64,000 nucleotides of DNA, from the NCBI GenBank assembly GCA_045644045.1, contig JAZRGD010000087.1, forward strand, positions 499 to 64,498. The letters are read 5' to 3'. This document shows, piece by piece, positions 19,198 through 28,135 of the stretch. Position 1 is the stretch's first letter, and every line of letters starts with the position of its first letter. This DNA is from Eubacteriales bacterium. Its GTDB lineage: Bacteria; Bacillota; Clostridia; Oscillospirales; CAG-272. The notes under the pieces were generated by a model. It was not told the origin of the DNA. It ran no database searches and saw nothing but the letters and a program-made list of their open reading frames with translations. Made by a program: the position numbers and the translations under genes.

Positions 19198-19224
19198 ACG
19201 CTATGCGTGAGGGGAAGAAAATAT
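19198..19224 (-). promoter_or_regulatory. possible mother-cell sigma (sigma-E/K type) promoter
   Basis: Minus strand reads ATA-16 nt-CATAGCGT, ending 36 nt upstream of the ATG at 19162. This matches the ATA-N16-18-CATAnnnT pattern reported for B. subtilis sigma-E/K promoters. It is a short degenerate motif, so weak evidence. Confidence 0.3.
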
Positions 19225-19253
19225 ACCAATGAGGAGCGCTTATATAAAAGAAG

Positions 19254-19283
19254 AGCCCCCGTTGTCTAAAACCAACGAGGGCT
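19254..19283. terminator. hairpin terminator downstream of the YgjV-like gene
   Basis: AGCCC-C-CGTTG / CAACG-A-GGGCT stem with T-rich tracts on both strands. Confidence 0.5.
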
Positions 19284-19308
19284 GTTTCCTTTTGAGAGAA
19301 GCGGGAAA

Positions 19309-19881
19309 TTACTCTTTCGCTTTTTCCCTTCTTGCGCCGATGATATCAATACGGATCATCGCGCTGACAAGAGAGGTGAGCATCAAAAGATCGCTGAGCA
19401 TGCCTGTGTAGTTGGGAATGCTTATGTTATACGCAAACCAACAGGGGGTGCTGATCAGGTTGAGAATACGGATGGTCTTCGTGTTTTTGAATCCCAACGA
19501 GACGGTGGACAGCACCTTGGCGCAAAGGACAAAGACGCTGGTCCAGTCCTGCCACTGCAAAACAACGATGATGGCAAACAGAATGCCGAATCCGATTTGA
19601 AAGGGCAATACCTTTTTTCCTTTTTTGTTCAAATACCAATATAAAATATTGGCGACGCAGGCCACAAAGCTCACCGTCATGGCGGGGTATTTTCCAAACA
19701 TCAAATATTGGAGGCCTGCCACGAGGCTGTTGGAGCATTTGGCGGTCAGCACCTTGTTATAGGTCTTGCACTGCATACCGATGACCACGCAGGCCGTTCC
19801 CAAAAAACCAAAGCATTGTATGAAAATTTCGTTTTTAGTCAGCTCGGAAATGAACAGAAATATTCGCGTTAAAAAATCCAT
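19309..19881 (-). CDS. YgjV-family inner membrane protein
   Basis: 190 aa with about 6 TM helices. The pattern resembles YgjV (FGFLGTACVVIGMQCKTYNKVL...). Two hand-counted 60-nt lines give 42-43% GC, clearly below the flanks. Confidence 0.5.
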   Translation of the reverse strand: MDFLTRIFLFISELTKNEIFIQCFGFLGTACVVIGMQCKTYNKVLTAKCSNSLVAGLQYLMFGKYPAMTVSFVACVANILYWYLNKKGKKVLPFQIGFGILFAIIVVLQWQDWTSVFVLCAKVLSTVSLGFKNTKTIRILNLISTPCWFAYNISIPNYTGMLSDLLMLTSLVSAMIRIDIIGARREKAKE

Positions 19882-19934
19882 TGGATTACCTTTCTCCTCA
19901 AAGACGAATACCTTAAACGGACGGGAGAAACTTT

Positions 19935-20873
19935 TTATTCAAGCGGAATGCCCATTTGCTCCATCAGGCGTTTGTTGAATTCCTCGGCGGTGTTGTAGCC
20001 CATCTTCTTCTGACGGTGGTTCATGGCGGCGATCTCAAGGATGATGGCTAAGTTTCTGCCGGGGCAAACGGGAATGGTGATGGCGGGGATATTGATACCC
20101 AGAATATCCACCGTCTCGTTTTCTAAACCCACGCGGTCGTACATCTTGCCCTGTTGCCAGTTTTCAAGGTTGATGACCAGATCGATCTTGGCGGTCATAC
20201 CCACCGCGCCCATGCCGAACAGACGGCGCACGTCCACGATACCGATGCCGCGCAGCTCTACGTAGTGGCGGATGATCTCGGGTGCCTCGCCTACCAAGGT
20301 CTTGCTGGATACGCGCTTGATCTCTACCGCGTCGTCGGCCACCAGACGGTGACCTCTTTTTACCAGCTCAATGGCGGTCTCGCTCTTACCGATACCACTG
20401 TTGCCAAGGAGCAGAACGCCCTCGCCGTAGACCTCCACCAAAACGCCGTGTCGGGTAATGCGAGGCGCGAGACGCACGCTCAGAGAGGCAATGAGGGCGG
20501 CCATAAAGTCACTGGTGGAGTCCTTGTAAAGAAGGAAGGGAACGCTGTATCGCTCGGTCAGCTCCTTCATTTCGGGGATGGGGGTCAGGTCGGAGGTGAG
20601 AATAATACAGGCGGGAGAATGCTGCATCAGCGTCTCCAGCCTCTCGTAACGCTCGGCGGCGGGCAATTGTTGCAGATAAAGATATTCCGCCTTGCCGATG
20701 AGCTGGATGCGGGTGCTTTCAAAATGGTCGTAATAGCCGATCAGGGGCAGACCCAGACGGTTTACGTGCTTGTTGGAAATGAAAATGTCCTCGGGAAGCT
20801 TGGGCAGATGGATGGTTTCAAGAGAAAACTCCTTCATCAGCTCGGAGAGGGCTACGGTGTACTCGTGTTCCAT
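19935..20873 (-). CDS. hprK: HPr kinase/phosphorylase
   Basis: 312 aa. Walker A GNSGIGKSETAIELVKRGHRLVADD and the HprK signature region LRGIGIVDV. Confidence 0.95.
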   Translation of the reverse strand: MEHEYTVALSELMKEFSLETIHLPKLPEDIFISNKHVNRLGLPLIGYYDHFESTRIQLIGKAEYLYLQQLPAAERYERLETLMQHSPACIILTSDLTPIPEMKELTERYSVPFLLYKDSTSDFMAALIASLSVRLAPRITRHGVLVEVYGEGVLLLGNSGIGKSETAIELVKRGHRLVADDAVEIKRVSSKTLVGEAPEIIRHYVELRGIGIVDVRRLFGMGAVGMTAKIDLVINLENWQQGKMYDRVGLENETVDILGINIPAITIPVCPGRNLAIILEIAAMNHRQKKMGYNTAEEFNKRLMEQMGIPLE

Positions 20874-20888
20874 AATGAATATCCTTTC

Positions 20889-21752
20889 TTAAAAGAGATT
20901 GAGAGGGAGCAGATCGGTCAAAAGACCGAAGATCGTACCGAGGACGAAAAGCAAAAGCAGAATACCGAGGCATTCCTTTTTGTTTTTGTTCACGCGGAAC
21001 AAGACCAAAAGACCCATCCCCGACCCCGAAAGCAGACCCGCCATCATGCATCCCGCAGACAGAACGCCCTCAAGGTAGAGCTTTGTCAGCAGTACGCTGG
21101 CCGCACAGTTGGGAATCAGACCCACCAAAGCGGAAAGCATATGCCCCACCACGGGAAGGGAGGAAAAGACTTGGGCGAGAGCCTCTTCACCGATGAAGAA
21201 CACGGCAGTGTTCAAGGCGAGGAGAACGGCCAAGAGGAACAGCCCGATGCGCCAGGTGTGACGCCAAGCGGAGCGAAGCACGCCGCCCTCGCACCCACAG
21301 CCCGCTTCCTCGCACATTTCGTGAATGTGGGGGTGGGACTCCTTGCGCAGAGCGCGGAGAACAAGATCCACCGCAAAGCCGCACAGCACGCCGACTGCAA
21401 GCTTCAGCCCAAGAAGCTTGACCGCCAAAAGAGGAGAGGCACCGCCGGCCAAAAGAACGGGAAGCATCTCGTCCGAGGTGGCGAGATAGACGGCGACGAG
21501 GGTGCCGAGGGTGATGACCCTACCGGCGTACAGACCCGACGCGGCGGCGGAAAAGCTGCACTGGGGCAGAATGCCCAAAAGCCCGCCGAACAGAGGCCCA
21601 ACCTTGCCCGAACGGGCCACAAGGCGGGTCATGCGATCGCCCTTTTTGTGCTCTAACAGCTCCATGAGCAGATAAGCGAGAAACAAAAAGGGAATGAGCT
21701 TTAGAAATTCCTCCGCGCTATGTCGGAGGATGTGGTGGAGAAAATCATGCAT
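20889..21752 (-). CDS. putative metal-ion permease (ArsP_2 / 10-TM heavy-metal transporter-like)
   Basis: Start at the ATG at 21752 (MHDFLHHILRH...). Polytopic, with GILPQCSFSAAASGLY and GLIPNCAASVLLT repeats and a His/Cys-rich loop HPHIHEMCEEAGCGCEGG. Overlaps the Fur-family stop by 8 nt. Family assigned from memory. Confidence 0.5.
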   Translation of the reverse strand: MHDFLHHILRHSAEEFLKLIPFLFLAYLLMELLEHKKGDRMTRLVARSGKVGPLFGGLLGILPQCSFSAAASGLYAGRVITLGTLVAVYLATSDEMLPVLLAGGASPLLAVKLLGLKLAVGVLCGFAVDLVLRALRKESHPHIHEMCEEAGCGCEGGVLRSAWRHTWRIGLFLLAVLLALNTAVFFIGEEALAQVFSSLPVVGHMLSALVGLIPNCAASVLLTKLYLEGVLSAGCMMAGLLSGSGMGLLVLFRVNKNKKECLGILLLLFVLGTIFGLLTDLLPLNLF

Positions 21753-22185
21753 GGACGTCGTTTTCCTTTCGCTTTGCCTCACGGCGGCAGGCGGCGCAAA
21801 GACCGTATAGCACCGTCTGACAGGGGTCTATCTGGAAGCCGTGCTCCGTCTTGATGTGATGGAACAGCTCCTCCACGTGGTCACAGGACAGGTGCGCCAG
21901 CTTGCCGCATTCTCTGCAGACCATATGGTAATGCTCTTTGCAGCCGTCCGTGATATAGCTGTAGCAGCTGCCGCCACGCTCCCCTACGGTGCGCCTTGCG
22001 TAGCCCTCACTCACCAAGCGGTCGAGCTGTCTGTATACGGTGGTGCGACCGATCTTTTCCCCCTTGCCTCGCAGAGCCTCGTAAATATCATCCGCGAAAA
22101 GGTGGGCTCCGTCCGCCTTCATCAGCGCGTCACGAACGAGAAAATATCCTCTCGTCATGTAATCGCCCCTGTTTTTTTCCTTCAT
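21745..22185 (-). CDS. Fur family transcriptional regulator
   Basis: Winged helix (GRTTVYRQLDRLVSEG) plus two CxxC pairs (CRECGK, CAAC) and HHIKTEHGF. Start at 22185 (RBS AAAGGAAG) or at 22158. Confidence 0.8.
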   Translation of the reverse strand: MKEKNRGDYMTRGYFLVRDALMKADGAHLFADDIYEALRGKGEKIGRTTVYRQLDRLVSEGYARRTVGERGGSCYSYITDGCKEHYHMVCRECGKLAHLSCDHVEELFHHIKTEHGFQIDPCQTVLYGLCAACRREAKRKENDVHA

Positions 22186-22236
22186 TTCAAGCTTCCTTTG
22201 CGTAAAAAATGAAAATGAATTTCGATTTCGGTTTGA

Positions 22237-22265
22237 AGTATAGCACAAAAGAAAAGAAAAGTCAA
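22237..22265 (-). promoter_or_regulatory. putative sigma-A promoter of the fur-family operon
   Basis: Minus strand reads TTGACT-17 nt-TATACT. Confidence 0.5.
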
Positions 22266-22294
22266 GAGGAAATAGGTGGAAAAGGGGGATGTTC

Positions 22295-22309
22295 ATGTGA
22301 AATTCACAT
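22295..22309. promoter_or_regulatory. perfect 15-bp 7-1-7 palindrome (candidate operator)
   Basis: ATGTGAA-A-TTCACAT. It lies 7 nt upstream of a TATAAT (22317..22322) that faces the lipoprotein gene, and 30 bp upstream of the fur promoter -35. Confidence 0.4.
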
Positions 22310-22362
22310 TCGGGGGTATAATAACATTGTAACCGTAATTTTTATCCATACAGGAGTACAAT

Positions 22363-23418
22363 ATGAAGATCCTTCGCTCTGCTTTGCTTTTGTGTCTTGC
22401 TCTTTGCCTGACGTTTTCCTTGGCGGCCTGCGGCTATAAGGCCATGCCCTCCACCGCAGAGGAGGCGGCCACCGTCATGACGATGGACGGGAAATATCAA
22501 ATTCCTTACGAGCTGTTCCGATTTGTCTTTTTGCAGAAAAAACAAGCGGACTCGGACGGGAAAGAGGGCTATTTCAAGGATAAGGACAAAAAGGCACTGC
22601 TTGAAGCCTATACGGCGGAGGCGGTGGCGGAAGCCGCCAAGATCTACGCTCTGTTCGGCCTTTGCGAAAAATACGGCATTGACCCCTATGCCGAGGAGAT
22701 CGACGAGAAGGTAGACGAGGAGATCAAGCTTCTCATTGAGGGAGACGGCTATACCCCCGGCTACGGAAGCTATAAAACCTATCTCGCGGAGATCAAAAAG
22801 CAATTCCTCAACGACAGCGTGTACCGTCTTTTCCTGCGCTACGACGTATGTGAGCAGCGTCTTGCCGCAAAATTAAAGCAGGATAAGGTCATCACCGCCA
22901 AGTGGGAGGACGTCTTTGCGCATTATTACGGTGAGGACACGGTTTGTGTCAGTTGGATCTTGATCCCTTACGAAAACCTCGGCAATTACACGGAGGGAAT
23001 GCGCCAAGGGCTTCTCAATGATGCAAAGGCCAAGACCAATGAGGAGTTTTGCAAAATGGCCGCCGAATACTCCACTGTCCAAACCCCCGACGAGCTGGTG
23101 CGCGGTGTGTACTTTGGACGCTATGAGTACGACGCTCTTTACAGTGAGCTGGTGGATACCGCCTTTTCCTTGGCGGAGGGCGAGACCTCGGATCTCTTTT
23201 TCTCGGGGGACGGCTTGTATATCCTTCGCCGCTTGCCGAAAAATCTCGCCTATCTGTCAAATGAAGACAACCGCGAGGACTTGGAGGAGGGCTATATGCT
23301 GAATCTGTTTGGCAAAATGCTGGCAGAGGAGGAGACACGCCTGGTAAAGACCGTGACCTACACGGATGCCTATCGGGATATTACCTTTGATTCGGTCAAA
23401 ATGCCTGAGGACAAATAA
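22363..23418 (+). CDS. lipoprotein, possibly a PrsA/SurA-like foldase
   Basis: Lipobox signal MKILRSALLLCLALCLTFSLAAC|G. A helical SurA-N-like first half and a degenerate parvulin-like segment. The function is tentative. Confidence 0.5.
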   Translation: MKILRSALLLCLALCLTFSLAACGYKAMPSTAEEAATVMTMDGKYQIPYELFRFVFLQKKQADSDGKEGYFKDKDKKALLEAYTAEAVAEAAKIYALFGLCEKYGIDPYAEEIDEKVDEEIKLLIEGDGYTPGYGSYKTYLAEIKKQFLNDSVYRLFLRYDVCEQRLAAKLKQDKVITAKWEDVFAHYYGEDTVCVSWILIPYENLGNYTEGMRQGLLNDAKAKTNEEFCKMAAEYSTVQTPDELVRGVYFGRYEYDALYSELVDTAFSLAEGETSDLFFSGDGLYILRRLPKNLAYLSNEDNREDLEEGYMLNLFGKMLAEEETRLVKTVTYTDAYRDITFDSVKMPEDK

Positions 23419-23434
23419 TTACGGAAAACGGATA

Positions 23435-24034
23435 ATGCGATACAGTCATATTTCAAATAAAGACAACCGTGAGAGCGAGTACGGCCCACGTCGCGCGTTG
23501 GCACGGCTAAAGGAGCTGGCAACGGAGCGCAAGGCGGTATGCGAGCCTCTTCCGTGTCACGGCTTTTTCGGTCATCTCTTTCAGGCGTTGCGCTTGCGGA
23601 TCGACGGAGATCTCACACCGCCCGTCTTTCCCTTTCGCTACCTTTCCGCCCATGAGGAGGGAACGGTGGCGGTGGTCTCTCTTCTTTACGCCTCTTTGCG
23701 TAGACAGGTCAGCCGCTTGGATATTTATGCGGACAACGCGGAGGATCATTTTTGTATCCGTCTTTGCGGTACGCCGCTTCGTGAGACGGGAGACGTTGCC
23801 TCCTTGATCGAGAAGGACGGGGCGGGAAGCACCTTCGCCCTGTTGCGCGCCGTGGCAAAAAATAGCGGAATTTCCTTATCCTATACGGTAGATGACAAAA
23901 TTACCTTTTCCCTGTGCTTCGCGCGCTATGTGGCCGAAGTGCAGGTGGTGGGCGCGACGGACGCGGCGTGCGCGGTTCGCTTGGATGGGTATTTGTCCCA
24001 CTTCTCGTCTCTCTTTCACCGTTCCTTCCTTTGA
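23435..24034 (+). CDS. hypothetical protein
   Basis: Start moved to the ATG at 23435 (MRYSHISNK...). No motif that I can assign. Followed by a good terminator. Confidence 0.4.
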   Translation: MRYSHISNKDNRESEYGPRRALARLKELATERKAVCEPLPCHGFFGHLFQALRLRIDGDLTPPVFPFRYLSAHEEGTVAVVSLLYASLRRQVSRLDIYADNAEDHFCIRLCGTPLRETGDVASLIEKDGAGSTFALLRAVAKNSGISLSYTVDDKITFSLCFARYVAEVQVVGATDAACAVRLDGYLSHFSSLFHRSFL

Positions 24035-24142
24035 CAAGGCTAAAAAAGGAAGCGCATATACTGTTATAAAATGAGCGTCTTTGCGCACATTATGTAACAG
24101 GAAACGATAGCACGGCGAATGAAGGGCGAAACCAATAAAACG

Positions 24143-24182
24143 ATGCTGTTGTAAACCTTTGTTTACAGCAGCATTTCTTTTT
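24143..24182 (+). terminator. Rho-independent terminator
   Basis: ATGCTGTTGTAAAC-cttt-GTTTACAGCAGCAT (one G-U pair) followed by TTCTTTTT. Confidence 0.65.
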
Positions 24183-24231
24183 GCGCCTTTGCCGCTTCGT
24201 TTCTCTCGTAGGGTACGAAGAAAGGAACGAT

Positions 24232-25413
24232 ATGGGCAAAAAGTTAACAGCGGTGGGGGCCGCGTTTGTCTGGGGGCTGATTTTGGTCTGCCTGCTTTTG
24301 GCGGGTGCCTTGGACGTGGCCTTGCCGAAGGAAATATCTCTTATGGAGACGGAGGAGCTTCCGTCCTATCCTTGTATATCTTTTGGAACGGAGGACGAGG
24401 AAGTGACGGGCTTTGGGAGCGTGGCAACGGTCAAGGCGAAGCTCTTCGGTGTGGTATCCCTCAAAAAAATAGAGGTCAAAAAATACGAAAACGTCTCCCT
24501 GATACCCGGAGGGATGAGCTTTGGGGTGAGGCTTCTCGGTGAGGGGGTTTGCGTGGTAGGACTTTCCGATGTGACGGTGGGCGGCAAAAACATATGTCCT
24601 GCCGCAGAGGCAGGGCTGAAGCCGGGGGATCTGATCTTGGAGGTAGGCGGCAAAAAGGTACGGACGGTGGAGGATTTCAAAAAAACGGTAGAGGAAACGG
24701 CGGGAGGCACGGTGAGCATCTCCTATAAAAGAGAAGGGAAGCTTTTTACCGCCGCCATTACGCCGAAAAAGGCTGACGACGGCCGCTTCGTGGCAGGAAT
24801 GTGGGTGAGAGACTCGGCGTCGGGTATCGGCACCGTCACCTTTATTGATCCCAGAACGGGTGCCTTTGGTGCCCTGGGTCACGGCATTTGCGACGGCGAT
24901 AGCGGCACGCTTCTGCCCCTCTCACGCGGCATCGTCACCGACGCCGTGGTCACAGGCATTGAAAAGGGAGCGAAGGGTGCCCCCGGCGAGCTGCGCGGCT
25001 ATCTCAAAAGCGAGAAAAAGGGTGTCTTGAACAAAAATACGGGCTGCGGTGTGTTCGGCGTCCTCGTAGACCCGCCTGCGACGGAGGCGATCCCCATCGC
25101 CCTTTCCTCGGGGGTGCATACGGGAGAGGCGGTGATCCGTTGTACTCTTGAGAATGGCAAAACCGAGGAATACAAGATCGAGATCACCGAGATCCACGGT
25201 CACAGCGAGAACAAATCCTTCACCGTCAAGGTCACAGACCCTCGCCTTCTTGAAAAAACGGGCGGCATCGTGCAAGGCATGAGCGGCTCTCCTATCATCC
25301 AAGGCGGCAAGCTGATCGGCGCGGTGACGCACGTGATGGTGAACGACCCCACCAAGGGCTACGGGGTGTTTATCGAGAATATGCTAAATCAAATGGGGGA
25401 CCTCGCGGGTTAA
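24232..25413 (+). CDS. spoIVB: SpoIVB peptidase (S55)
   Basis: Signal anchor, a PDZ domain (AAEAGLKPGDLILEVGGKKV), and catalytic regions GALGHGI and GMSGSPIIQGGKLIGAVTHV. Start at the ATG at 24232 after AAAGGAA. Confidence 0.85.
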   Translation: MGKKLTAVGAAFVWGLILVCLLLAGALDVALPKEISLMETEELPSYPCISFGTEDEEVTGFGSVATVKAKLFGVVSLKKIEVKKYENVSLIPGGMSFGVRLLGEGVCVVGLSDVTVGGKNICPAAEAGLKPGDLILEVGGKKVRTVEDFKKTVEETAGGTVSISYKREGKLFTAAITPKKADDGRFVAGMWVRDSASGIGTVTFIDPRTGAFGALGHGICDGDSGTLLPLSRGIVTDAVVTGIEKGAKGAPGELRGYLKSEKKGVLNKNTGCGVFGVLVDPPATEAIPIALSSGVHTGEAVIRCTLENGKTEEYKIEITEIHGHSENKSFTVKVTDPRLLEKTGGIVQGMSGSPIIQGGKLIGAVTHVMVNDPTKGYGVFIENMLNQMGDLAG

Positions 25414-25448
25414 ACGCAGAACACGGAGCGCGGAAGGCAAAATCGAAT

Positions 25449-25492
25449 AAAAAAAGGCAATATCAACCCTTACGGACTGATATTGCCTTTTT
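25449..25492. terminator. Bidirectional terminator between spoIVB and the AraC regulator
   Basis: AAAAAAAGGCAATATCA...TGATATTGCCTTTTT. Confidence 0.7.
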
Positions 25493-25498
25493 GTTCGC

Positions 25499-26311
25499 TT
25501 ACCCGTTTTTGCTCAGCTTTCGGTATTTCAGAGGAGGGAGGCCGTATTTTCTTTTGAATTCCCCAATGAAATGGGAGGCGGTGGGGTATCCTAAGGCGTC
25601 GGATATTTCTTGTATGGAGATCTCCCCGTAGGCAAGATAGGCGCGGGCACGCTCAAGGCGCATGGCATTTCGGTATTTGGTGGGGGAGCTGCCTGTAGCG
25701 GCCTTGAATTGCTTGCGGAAATACACCTCGCTGATATGGCAAAGATCGGCCAGCTGGGCAACGGTGGGATTTTGCTCTATGTGCTCCGCCAAATAGTCTA
25801 TCGCTTTCGTGATGCTCACGGGGATGGCTCGCCTTTCGCCTTGCGGAGCAAGGGCGCAGAGGATCTCCATCAGCACGATCCTGCTTTGTGTGAAGGAATC
25901 GGTTCTTTCGTCCATGAGAGCTTTTTGAAAAAGCAAAGAAAGGGTACGGCCTTGGGTGGGGGAAAACACCTTTATTCCGTCGGTCAGCACGATCTCCTCT
26001 CCCGTCTCGTCGTAAAGCAAAAAATTGATACCGACCGTGTGAGCCTCTGTGTCCTTGAAATCGAACAGTTGGGCTTTGTATTCGCTCCCCACGGCGGTAT
26101 AGACCACGTCTCCGCCGTGGGCGGTCAACGTGTGACCGCACGCATCGGTATAGGTAATGCTGCAATCCTGTAAAAAAAGCAGTAGATTTTGCTTTTTGGG
26201 CGCGCCGATACACCCAAAGCATTTTGTTGTATGCCAATGTTGCTTCAAGACGTTGATAAAGACGGGGTTAAAGCTTTGCTTCAAAAGCTCGTCTACGGTG
26301 CATTTTTTCAT
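25499..26311 (-). CDS. AraC family transcriptional regulator (module 1)
   Basis: N-terminal cupin-like domain plus a C-terminal double HTH (VAQLADLCHISEVYFRKQFKAATGSSPTKYR...IQEISDALGYPTASHFIGEFKRKYGLPP). Confidence 0.85.
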   Translation of the reverse strand: MKKCTVDELLKQSFNPVFINVLKQHWHTTKCFGCIGAPKKQNLLLFLQDCSITYTDACGHTLTAHGGDVVYTAVGSEYKAQLFDFKDTEAHTVGINFLLYDETGEEIVLTDGIKVFSPTQGRTLSLLFQKALMDERTDSFTQSRIVLMEILCALAPQGERRAIPVSITKAIDYLAEHIEQNPTVAQLADLCHISEVYFRKQFKAATGSSPTKYRNAMRLERARAYLAYGEISIQEISDALGYPTASHFIGEFKRKYGLPPLKYRKLSKNG

Positions 26312-26379
26312 GATGCTTGCCTCCGCTTTTTGCTGACAGTATTATACCATACCCTGCGGATAACGTCAATAGAGTTGTT

Positions 26380-26418
26380 TCGAAAAAAGATATTTTTTGA
26401 TCGAAAAATATGTATTTT
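26380..26418 (+). promoter_or_regulatory. 21-bp-phased direct repeat (candidate AraC-type operator)
   Basis: TCGAAAAAAGATATTTT at 26380 and TCGAAAAATATGTATTTT at 26401, directly upstream of a TATACT (26436..26441) facing the 26464 gene. Confidence 0.35.
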
Positions 26419-26463
26419 GTTGCAGTGGACCGTGCTATACTGTGCCTATAAGGAGGTGCGATC

Positions 26464-27900
26464 ATGAAACAAACCGAATGGAAGATCATCTATACAAAAT
26501 ATGAAGGAATAGTAAAGAAGGCCGTTCACCTTTTGTCAAAGGAGGCAGGCGCTTATCTCATTCGTGAGCCCGGGGTATATCGCATTCACGTTTTACCCTG
26601 CGAGAAGGAGGGCTGTGCCGTTTCGAAAAACGCATTTTTTGTGGGCCTTTATGACGAAAGCCCGACAATTCGGAAATACGTCGCGGCGGACGAGATTCCC
26701 ACGGACGGCTTTTTGGTCAAGGTAGTGGACAACCCTGAGGACGAGGAGGGGCGTTTTGTCCTTTTGACGGCACACAGCGAGCAGGAGCTGTTTTATGCCG
26801 CCGTCAGCTTTTTGGACGACTATATTCCGTCCTGTGCCATTCGTCAGTGGGCCAATCCTCTGCCTGAGTTTGAGAGACCGCTCCCCAAAGGCACTTATAC
26901 CGAGTGCCCTGACCATAAGACGAGAAGTGTTTTCACGTGGGGGCACGGTATAAACGATTACAGAGCCTATATTGACAATATGGCGAGGCTGAAGCTGAAC
27001 GAGCTGATCCTTTGGAACGACTATATTCCCGTTAACATCCACGACGTCATCGACTACGCTCATTCCTATGGGATCAAGGTGATCTTAGGATATAGCTGGG
27101 GCTGGAACGAGGACAGAAAAAAGGCGAAGGAGATCACCGAGGAGGACATTAAGCGTGTCAAGGAGCGTGCGATCGCGGAGTACCGTGAGGCATACGCCCA
27201 TATCCCCTGTGACGGCATTTATTTCCAGTCCTTCACCGAACGGAAGGAGGAGACGGTGGGCGGCAAGCTGATCGCCCGTCTGGTGGTGGACATGGTCAAC
27301 GAGGTGGCGGAAGGGCTGTGGGAAACCACCCCTGAATTGCGCATCATCTTTGGCCTTCACGCCACCTCCGTCACGCACCGCTTAGACGAGATCGCCCGTG
27401 TCCATCCCCGTATGGAGATCCTGTGGGAGGATTGCGGCGAGTTCCCCTATCACTATCGCTCCTACGTCAAGGACGAGGAGGCATATGCCGAGACGCTTGA
27501 TTTTACAAAGAAGATCCTTTCTCTGCGTGGCGGCAAGGGCGTGGGGCTGGTCTTCAAGGGCGTGATGATGTTAGACTGGAGCAAGTTCGTCCACCAGCGC
27601 GGTCCTTACGTGATGGGCGAGAACGCGGAGGCGATTGCACGCCACGACCGTCTCATTCGCGCGAGAGGGTGGCGCGATTACGCCGCTTCCTGGATGACAA
27701 GCGGCGGCAGAGTGGCAGAAATGCTGCGCTTTATTAAGGAAAACAAGCTTGGCGAGGTCAGCATGTGCCTTGCGGGCACCTTTGACGGCGGCATCTATCT
27801 GCCCATGGCACTGAGCGCGCAGATGCTTCGTGCTTGTGATGAGGATTACGGGGAGCTTTTAAGAAGGGTGTCTCGCAGGGTCTGCATTACGGTGGATTGA
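26464..27900 (+). CDS. hypothetical protein, possibly a glycoside-hydrolase-like TIM barrel
   Basis: 478 aa, RBS AAGGAGG, no signal peptide. The N-terminal alpha/beta module (DGFLVKVVDNPEDEEGRFVLLTAHSEQELFYAAVSFLDDY) resembles the N-domains of GH20/67/115-type enzymes. The function is inference only. Confidence 0.55.
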   Translation: MKQTEWKIIYTKYEGIVKKAVHLLSKEAGAYLIREPGVYRIHVLPCEKEGCAVSKNAFFVGLYDESPTIRKYVAADEIPTDGFLVKVVDNPEDEEGRFVLLTAHSEQELFYAAVSFLDDYIPSCAIRQWANPLPEFERPLPKGTYTECPDHKTRSVFTWGHGINDYRAYIDNMARLKLNELILWNDYIPVNIHDVIDYAHSYGIKVILGYSWGWNEDRKKAKEITEEDIKRVKERAIAEYREAYAHIPCDGIYFQSFTERKEETVGGKLIARLVVDMVNEVAEGLWETTPELRIIFGLHATSVTHRLDEIARVHPRMEILWEDCGEFPYHYRSYVKDEEAYAETLDFTKKILSLRGGKGVGLVFKGVMMLDWSKFVHQRGPYVMGENAEAIARHDRLIRARGWRDYAASWMTSGGRVAEMLRFIKENKLGEVSMCLAGTFDGGIYLPMALSAQMLRACDEDYGELLRRVSRRVCITVD

Positions 27901-28077
27901 TCCGTACGTTTTCAAAAAATATCCGATAAAAAAGTGTTGTCTTTTTTGCGCACTCCGAGAGCGTAATAGGGGCAACACTTTTTTGTTATATTGATTTTAG
28001 AGCTCTTATGATCCGGAGCTGTAGTTTTATCTCTTCGTGCAACGTCTCAAAGATCCGACGCAAAAAAGGTTTTTATA

Positions 28078-28106
28078 TTTACTTTTTCTCCCGCTTGTGA
28101 TATAAT
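28078..28106 (+). promoter_or_regulatory. putative sigma-A promoter
   Basis: TTTACT-17 nt-TATAAT with a TGA extended -10 element. Confidence 0.4.
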
Positions 28107-28135
28107 GAGGAAAATACGCGCGTGAGGTGGATTTT

